64,000 nt of DNA from Alphaproteobacteria bacterium (GTDB lineage Bacteria; Pseudomonadota; Alphaproteobacteria; Puniceispirillales; Puniceispirillaceae), in the NCBI GenBank assembly GCA_022425485.1, contig JAKMFL010000040.1:8903-72902 (forward strand). The letters are read 5' to 3'. Shown here in pieces: positions 58,871-64,000 of this stretch; position 1 is the first letter of the stretch, and every line of letters begins with the position of its first letter. The notes below the pieces were generated by a model. The model was given only the letters and a program-made list of their open reading frames with translations, did no database searches and was not told the origin of the DNA. A program made the position numbers and the translations under genes.

Positions 58871-60169
58871 ATGCGTTATTCGCCTGTAAAGCTCATCTAT
58901 CTAGCTGCCCTTTTAAGTCTTGCTGTTCAAATGGATATTCCCATTGCAGAAGCACAATCCTTCAACAGGGCTGCGAAAGTTGAGACTAAAGAGGCGATCA
59001 GTCAGAAAATCGCGCCACGCACACAAATTCAAGGGCGCGTGAAAACAGGCCCCCTAGAAATCGTAACAGCCCCTGCATCTGGCCGTGTTCAGCTAGAGGC
59101 CATTCGCATCGGTGATATTGTTGTGAAAGGACAAAAATTAGCCGAGCAGGATAGCGAGAATCTCCAATATCAGCTTCGGTTACTGCGCTTGCGAAAACAA
59201 GAGACGGAACAAAATATTGCCCAATTAAAGGCAGATATCGAATTTGAGAAACAGCTTGGCCTCGTAGCGCAAGAAAAACTAACCTTATTGGAAGCAAAAC
59301 TAGCAAGAGCAGAAAAATTACGGGCAAGCCAAACGATATCCTCAGAAGCGTTTGATACCACCAAAACAGCTTATTTGGCAGCCCGTGAACAAACGCTGCT
59401 ACGTGCACGCACGCTTGCCCGCCTTCGTTCGGAAAATAATAGCGCCAGCCTTACCGCACGCAAATTGCTGCTCGAGCTAGAGGAGCTAGAAGCAGATATT
59501 GCAAAAGCCAATATCTTAACCCCTGTAGCTGGGCAAATCGCGCAACTCGCAGGCGCAAACGCCCTATATATGCGCGAGGGAGAAGAAATTGCACGCATTC
59601 GTACAGATAAAGGATTTGAGGTAGAAGCCGATATTCCAGCTGACTATGTTGCGTTTTTATCCTCTGAAGATATTATTGAAGCGGTAATTGAAACACAGGC
59701 GCAAAATACACGCTCGCGCTCACAGATTATCCAGCTAAAACTGCGTGCCATATTGCCAACCCAAAACAGCCGCACCAGCACCCGCCCTACCCGCTTTCTG
59801 CCGCTAACGCCTTTGCCCGATTTGGCACGCGCTGAAAACACCGCCCTTACCTTGCAAATACCAACAAAATCACCGCAAGATTTAGTGACCATACCGCAAG
59901 ATGCTCTGGTACCTTTAAATGGCGGCTATGTGGTGTTTGTAGCAAAAGAGGGACGTGCAGAGCAGCGCATTGTCACGCTAGGCGGCACTGTACAGGACAA
60001 AATCGTTATCCTAAAAGGCATTGTCGCAGGTGAAGCCGTGATTACCAAAGGCAACGAAATCTTAAGCGACGGTAAAGAAATAGTCGATGGCAATAGCCCC
60101 CGAAAAAATCAAAGCAAAGATCAAAGAAAAGATCAAAGCAAAGGTCAAAGCAAAAATCAAAGCAAATAG
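58871..60169 (+). CDS. RND efflux periplasmic adaptor (membrane fusion protein, HlyD family)
   Basis: The ATG at 58871 lies 11 nt after AAGGAG. It has a signal/anchor sequence, a long coiled-coil hairpin and a beta-barrel C-terminus. The GTG at 58859 is rejected. Confidence 0.8.
   Translation: MRYSPVKLIYLAALLSLAVQMDIPIAEAQSFNRAAKVETKEAISQKIAPRTQIQGRVKTGPLEIVTAPASGRVQLEAIRIGDIVVKGQKLAEQDSENLQYQLRLLRLRKQETEQNIAQLKADIEFEKQLGLVAQEKLTLLEAKLARAEKLRASQTISSEAFDTTKTAYLAAREQTLLRARTLARLRSENNSASLTARKLLLELEELEADIAKANILTPVAGQIAQLAGANALYMREGEEIARIRTDKGFEVEADIPADYVAFLSSEDIIEAVIETQAQNTRSRSQIIQLKLRAILPTQNSRTSTRPTRFLPLTPLPDLARAENTALTLQIPTKSPQDLVTIPQDALVPLNGGYVVFVAKEGRAEQRIVTLGGTVQDKIVILKGIVAGEAVITKGNEILSDGKEIVDGNSPRKNQSKDQRKDQSKGQSKNQSK
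60110..60169. repeat. 12-nt tandem repeat x5 encoding (QSKD/QRKD/QSKG/QSKN/QSK*) at the adaptor C-terminus
   Basis: The units are CAAAGCAAAGAT, CAAAGAAAAGAT, CAAAGCAAAGGT, CAAAGCAAAAAT and CAAAGCAAATAG, read directly. Confidence 0.9.
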
Positions 60170-60211
60170 CGCTGATAAACGTAAAAAAACAGGCCAACAA
60201 ATAGAGCAGAT

Positions 60212-63200
60212 ATGAACAATTTGATTAAATTTGCAATTGAACGTCCGGTCGCCGTAATGGCAGTCATTATTTTGACCGTGATGTTTGGCGTTGTTTCCTC
60301 GCAAGTTATTCCTATTCAGATGAGCCCTGACATAGAAAAACCTATTTTGCAGGTGCGTATGAATTGGTCTGGCGCGTCGCCTGAAGATGTGGACAGAGAG
60401 ATTGTCTCACGCCTTGAAACCGAATTATCAGGTTTAAACGGGGTAGAAGATGTTGCCTCACGCTCGGATACAGGCCGGGCCCGTGTGACGTTAACCTATG
60501 CGGTAGGCACAGATATGGATAAGGCGCTGACAATGCTGCTTTCAGAGTTGTCGGGTATTGCTGATCTGCCAGATGAAGCAGGCGCGCCGCGTGTACGCAC
60601 CTCAAACTCAGATGATAGTCCAATAGCCCGCCTCTCTTTAACCGCGGCAGAGGGCAGTGATGTTGATGTCGAACAGCTTGGTAATTTTCTAGAAGACGGC
60701 ATTGTGGCACCGCTTGAGCGCGTTGGCGGTGTTGCCGAAATTTTCTTATATGGCGGCGGCCGGCGCGAGATGCGGGTAGAGGTTAATTCAAACGACCTTA
60801 TCCGCTATAATCTCAGCCTGCCACAGGTTTTGCAAGCGCTGAGACAGGCATCTGCCACCTTGTCTGTTGGCACAATAGAGCGCGGCAAGCGAACCTATAC
60901 TGTGCGCACAGAGGCTGATTTATTTACCCCCCAAACGGCTGGACAAATTGTTCTGCGCAATGATTTGACTACAAATGGCCAGTTAGTGCCTGTATTGCTG
61001 GCGGATATTGCCGAAATTAGCCTAGTAAGCAAAAAACGTTCGAGTTTTCGCCGTCTAAATGGCAAGGACGCCGTTATTCTAAACGCCCTGCGGGAGCAAA
61101 ACAGCAATGTAGTTGAAACAATGGTTCGGCTACGTTCTGTCATTGATGCGCTGAATAGCGGCGTGTTAATGACGCGCGGTTTAGCCTTAAAAGTCGTTTA
61201 TGATGAAACCGATTACATCGCTTCCGCCATTGATTTGGTAAAGCAAAATATCTGGATTGGTGGCTTATTAGCGCTCTCTATTCTTATTTTGTTTTTGCGC
61301 TCCCTCGCGCCTACCTTCATCATTTTTATGGCCATACCAACCTCTGTGATAGGCACCTTTGTGGCAATGGCCGGTTTGGGTATGTCTATTAATGTTATCT
61401 CACTTGCAGGGCTCGCTTTCGCGGTGGGTATGGTGGTAGATGCCTCTATCGTCTCCCAAGAAAATATCTACCGATTGCATCAAAAAGGGTTATCTGCACC
61501 GCAAGCAGCCTTTCATGGCGCAAGACAGGTTTGGGCACCTATTCTTGGCTCAGCGCTGACAACTGTCGTGGTGTTTGTGCCGGTGATTTTGCTAAAACTG
61601 CCTGTTGGCCAGCTTTTCAGGGATATTGGCGTGGCCATATCGGTATCGGTATTAATATCTGTTATCGTCTCAACCACGCTTATTCCTAGCCTTTCAGCTC
61701 TATTATTGGATAGCAAACGCCTTGCCCGTTCAAGCCAGCGCCGCATCCCGCTGCTAGATAGCACCGCAAGCCGCTTTAAAGACATGATTTTGGCTTATGC
61801 CCATTATGCCATCAAACGCCGTGTGGTAGCAGCCATGCTGGTAGTCGCCATGATAGCAACAGCAGGAATATCTAGTTGGCGATTTATGCCGCAATTGGAT
61901 TATTTACCAGACGGAAATGCCAATTTTGTCTTTGGGTCGGTGATTGTGCCGCCCGGTTATTCTATGGATGAAACCAAGCGCATTGCGGCTAAAATGGAAA
62001 ATACAGCTCGCCCTCTTTGGGAAGGGCGTGTGGAACAGGATGGCCCCCCTGAAATCTCGCGTTTTTTCTTTGTTGCCTTTGCTGGCGGAGCGTTTGCTGG
62101 CGCCTCATCTGTTGACCCATCCCGCGTCAATGAACTCCGCAATGTGTTAACGCGGCCTATTTTTTCTGAACCCGGTGCACGGGCTTTTGTGCGCCAAGCC
62201 TCCTTATTTGGGCGGTCTGTGGGCGGCTCACGTTCCATTAGCCTAGATGTTACAGGGGCATCTCAAGATGATATTGGTATTGTTGCCCAAGAGTTGAACA
62301 CTGCGCTCTCAAAAGCCTTTCCGCGCCGGGAAGGCAACCAGATCAGGGTACGGCCTAGCTTAAGCACAGGCACCCCGCAAATCAGGCTGCTTCCAGACCC
62401 CGTTGCGCTTGCCGCCTCTGGTTTGTCGATGCAGTCATTTGCTCAAGCTGTAGATATCTATAATGATGGTATGCGCGTGACGCAAATCCCGATAGATGGG
62501 GAGCTGATTGACCTTACCTTAGCGGGACAAAATGCGGGTAAGCTTTCCGTTTCTGACCTTGAAAACCTGCCGATTATCACCCCTTCTGGCGAGGTAGTAT
62601 CTGTAGGTCAACTCGCGCTTATCAGCTTTATTAGCGCACCTCAGCAAATCCGAAGACAAGGCGGCAATCAGGCACGCTCGATACAATTACGCCCAGATGA
62701 GCGTCTGCCCCTAGAGAGCGCAATCAGCAAGATTAACACAGAAATTCTTCCGCAAATCACCCCTCTGGCAGAACAGAAAGGGGTACAGATTTCCGTGCGC
62801 GGCGCGGCTAGCGAGCTTGCGCGAACTTGGTCTGCTATGCAAACCAATGTGCTTGCTGCGATTGCTGTTATCTTTTTGCTGATGGTGATTTTACTGCGTA
62901 GCTTTGTTCTGCCTGCCATCATTTTGCTGGTTATTCCAGTTGCAGGTGCTGGCGGTATCATAGGCCTAGCTTTGATCAATCTATCTGTGCGTCAGCCTCT
63001 GGATATGCTGACCATGCTGGGCTTTGTCATTTTAACGGGGGTGGTCGTCAATAACGCGATTTTGATGATTGAACAAACCAGTCTGCATATCAGAGAAGAT
63101 GGAATGCAGGTTGACGATGCAATATTAGAAGCAACCAGCAATCGTATCCGGCCAATTTTTATGTCGACCCTAACCTCGCTCTTTGGCCTCATTCCATTGG

Positions 63201-63376
63201 TAATTTTCCCCGGCGCTGGCTCAGAACTTTATCGTGGCATTGGAACCGTGGTATTTGGCGGTCTGGCTTTATCAACCATTGCCACCTTATTTATGATCCC
63301 GCCGCTTTTATCGCTCGCACGGATACCTCTTGCGCGGGCAAGTAAACAGACAAAAATAGAGATAGATCAAAGCTAA
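60212..63376 (+). CDS. RND family efflux permease (AcrB/AcrD/AcrF type)
   Basis: 1054 aa with 12-TM architecture and two large periplasmic loops. The N-terminus is FAIERPVAVMAVIILTVMFG. Confidence 0.92.
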   Translation: MNNLIKFAIERPVAVMAVIILTVMFGVVSSQVIPIQMSPDIEKPILQVRMNWSGASPEDVDREIVSRLETELSGLNGVEDVASRSDTGRARVTLTYAVGTDMDKALTMLLSELSGIADLPDEAGAPRVRTSNSDDSPIARLSLTAAEGSDVDVEQLGNFLEDGIVAPLERVGGVAEIFLYGGGRREMRVEVNSNDLIRYNLSLPQVLQALRQASATLSVGTIERGKRTYTVRTEADLFTPQTAGQIVLRNDLTTNGQLVPVLLADIAEISLVSKKRSSFRRLNGKDAVILNALREQNSNVVETMVRLRSVIDALNSGVLMTRGLALKVVYDETDYIASAIDLVKQNIWIGGLLALSILILFLRSLAPTFIIFMAIPTSVIGTFVAMAGLGMSINVISLAGLAFAVGMVVDASIVSQENIYRLHQKGLSAPQAAFHGARQVWAPILGSALTTVVVFVPVILLKLPVGQLFRDIGVAISVSVLISVIVSTTLIPSLSALLLDSKRLARSSQRRIPLLDSTASRFKDMILAYAHYAIKRRVVAAMLVVAMIATAGISSWRFMPQLDYLPDGNANFVFGSVIVPPGYSMDETKRIAAKMENTARPLWEGRVEQDGPPEISRFFFVAFAGGAFAGASSVDPSRVNELRNVLTRPIFSEPGARAFVRQASLFGRSVGGSRSISLDVTGASQDDIGIVAQELNTALSKAFPRREGNQIRVRPSLSTGTPQIRLLPDPVALAASGLSMQSFAQAVDIYNDGMRVTQIPIDGELIDLTLAGQNAGKLSVSDLENLPIITPSGEVVSVGQLALISFISAPQQIRRQGGNQARSIQLRPDERLPLESAISKINTEILPQITPLAEQKGVQISVRGAASELARTWSAMQTNVLAAIAVIFLLMVILLRSFVLPAIILLVIPVAGAGGIIGLALINLSVRQPLDMLTMLGFVILTGVVVNNAILMIEQTSLHIREDGMQVDDAILEATSNRIRPIFMSTLTSLFGLIPLVIFPGAGSELYRGIGTVVFGGLALSTIATLFMIPPLLSLARIPLARASKQTKIEIDQS

Positions 63377-63393
63377 AGGGCTGAAAATTACCC

Positions 63394-63999
63394 TTACCGC
63401 CAAGGGGCAGCAGGTATCCCTTCTGGCAAGGTAGCATGATAGCCCGGCACGGATGCTGCAAACGCTGTTATAAACCCTTCTAGCGACGGTGCGTGCGCCC
63501 GCCAATCTGCTAGCTCCCGAAGATCCATATAATCAATAGCACACGCTAAACCAATTTCCGCAGCATTCGGCATCTTACCATTATCATAAGTAATTGCGCT
63601 TGCCTCTAGCGCCTTTAAACTGCGCTCTAACTTACCGCGCTGATAATCAAGTATCGATTGTACCTGCATCCCTTCAGGGCGCATTCTATTCTCATACACA
63701 GTCAAGATACCCGCATCCATTATCCCGTCTGCTAGCGACGCGGCGATCAGGACATCAACCCGCTCTTGCCCGCCTACCGGAAATAGCTTGCTGCCACCAG
63801 CCATAATATCCAGATATTCTAGGATAACTCTGCTGTCATAAATAGCCTTGCCATCAACGACCAAAGTTGGGATTTTTCCAAGCGGATTTTGTTTTCTATT
63901 TTCCGTGTCAGGCTTGCTCGTATCTGTTGCGATTACCTCCACCTCATCCATCCGGGATAATGCGTGTAAAGCAAGTTTTACCTTGCGGCCAAAAGGGGA
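63394..63999 (-). CDS. Glutathione S-transferase family protein (N-terminus lies outside the window)
   Basis: The frame stays open upstream of the Met at 63951 (…SPFGRKVKLALHALSRMDEVEV), giving a thioredoxin-like N-domain with the SPF motif. It also has an IPTLV motif and a helical C-domain. Confidence 0.75.
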   Translation of the reverse strand, partial: SPFGRKVKLALHALSRMDEVEVIATDTSKPDTENRKQNPLGKIPTLVVDGKAIYDSRVILEYLDIMAGGSKLFPVGGQERVDVLIAASLADGIMDAGILTVYENRMRPEGMQVQSILDYQRGKLERSLKALEASAITYDNGKMPNAAEIGLACAIDYMDLRELADWRAHAPSLEGFITAFAASVPGYHATLPEGIPAAPWR

Positions 64000-64000
64000 T

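Noticed and set aside
1-64000. Screen for mobile elements, CRISPR arrays, prophage or defence islands, tRNA and rRNA genes.
   Set aside because: No transposase, integrase or recombinase-like ORF was seen. There are no repeat-spacer arrays, no tRNA T-arm/acceptor signatures in any spacer longer than 100 nt, and no long inverted terminal repeats. The only repeats are the short tandem arrays reported above.

Overview
The window reads as a chromosomal segment of an alphaproteobacterium, probably marine and of moderate GC. That placement is inferred from gene content and order, not from any search. About two thirds is a densely packed, mostly minus-strand housekeeping block in conserved order: gltX (5' partial), gltA, lpxB-lpxI-lpxA-fabZ-lpxD-skp-bamA-rseP-dxr-cdsA-uppS-frr-pyrH-tsf-rpsB, dnaE, lolD-lolC, proS, hemB, a threonine dehydratase, bpt, parC, recO-era-rnc-lepB, acpS-pdxJ, DUF2062, spoT/rel, rpoZ, folK, NYN-UDG, smpB and dapA. 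From about 41 kb to 55 kb there is a methylated-amine / one-carbon catabolic island. It holds a PLP dehydratase, a dimethylglycine-dehydrogenase-like FAD/folate enzyme, an uninterrupted (non-pyrrolysine) MttB-family methyltransferase, a histidine phosphatase, hpf and soxBDAG. The last 9 kb carries small membrane proteins, a GGCT-like protein, dinB, a DUF1127 mini-protein, an RND efflux pair and a 5'-truncated GST. I saw no rRNA, tRNA, CRISPR array, IS/transposase, integrase or recognisable defence system. The observations most worth follow-up are: (1) soxBDAG is extended, with almost no intergenic space, by a SprT-like Zn-protease and an AlkB-fold Fe(II)/2OG dioxygenase, possibly a damage-control module attached to a formaldehyde-generating pathway; (2) an orphan non-Pyl MttB homologue sits next to a DMGDH-like gene with no corrinoid partner in view; (3) a CCUCCC-loop hairpin plus terminator lies in the 3' region of the DUF1127 gene, resembling CcsR/cuckoo sRNAs; (4) several in-frame or intergenic short tandem repeats occur (rpsB tail, efflux adaptor tail, folK/NYN promoter region, proS end). 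All protein calls come from reading the supplied translations for family motifs. No database search was run.
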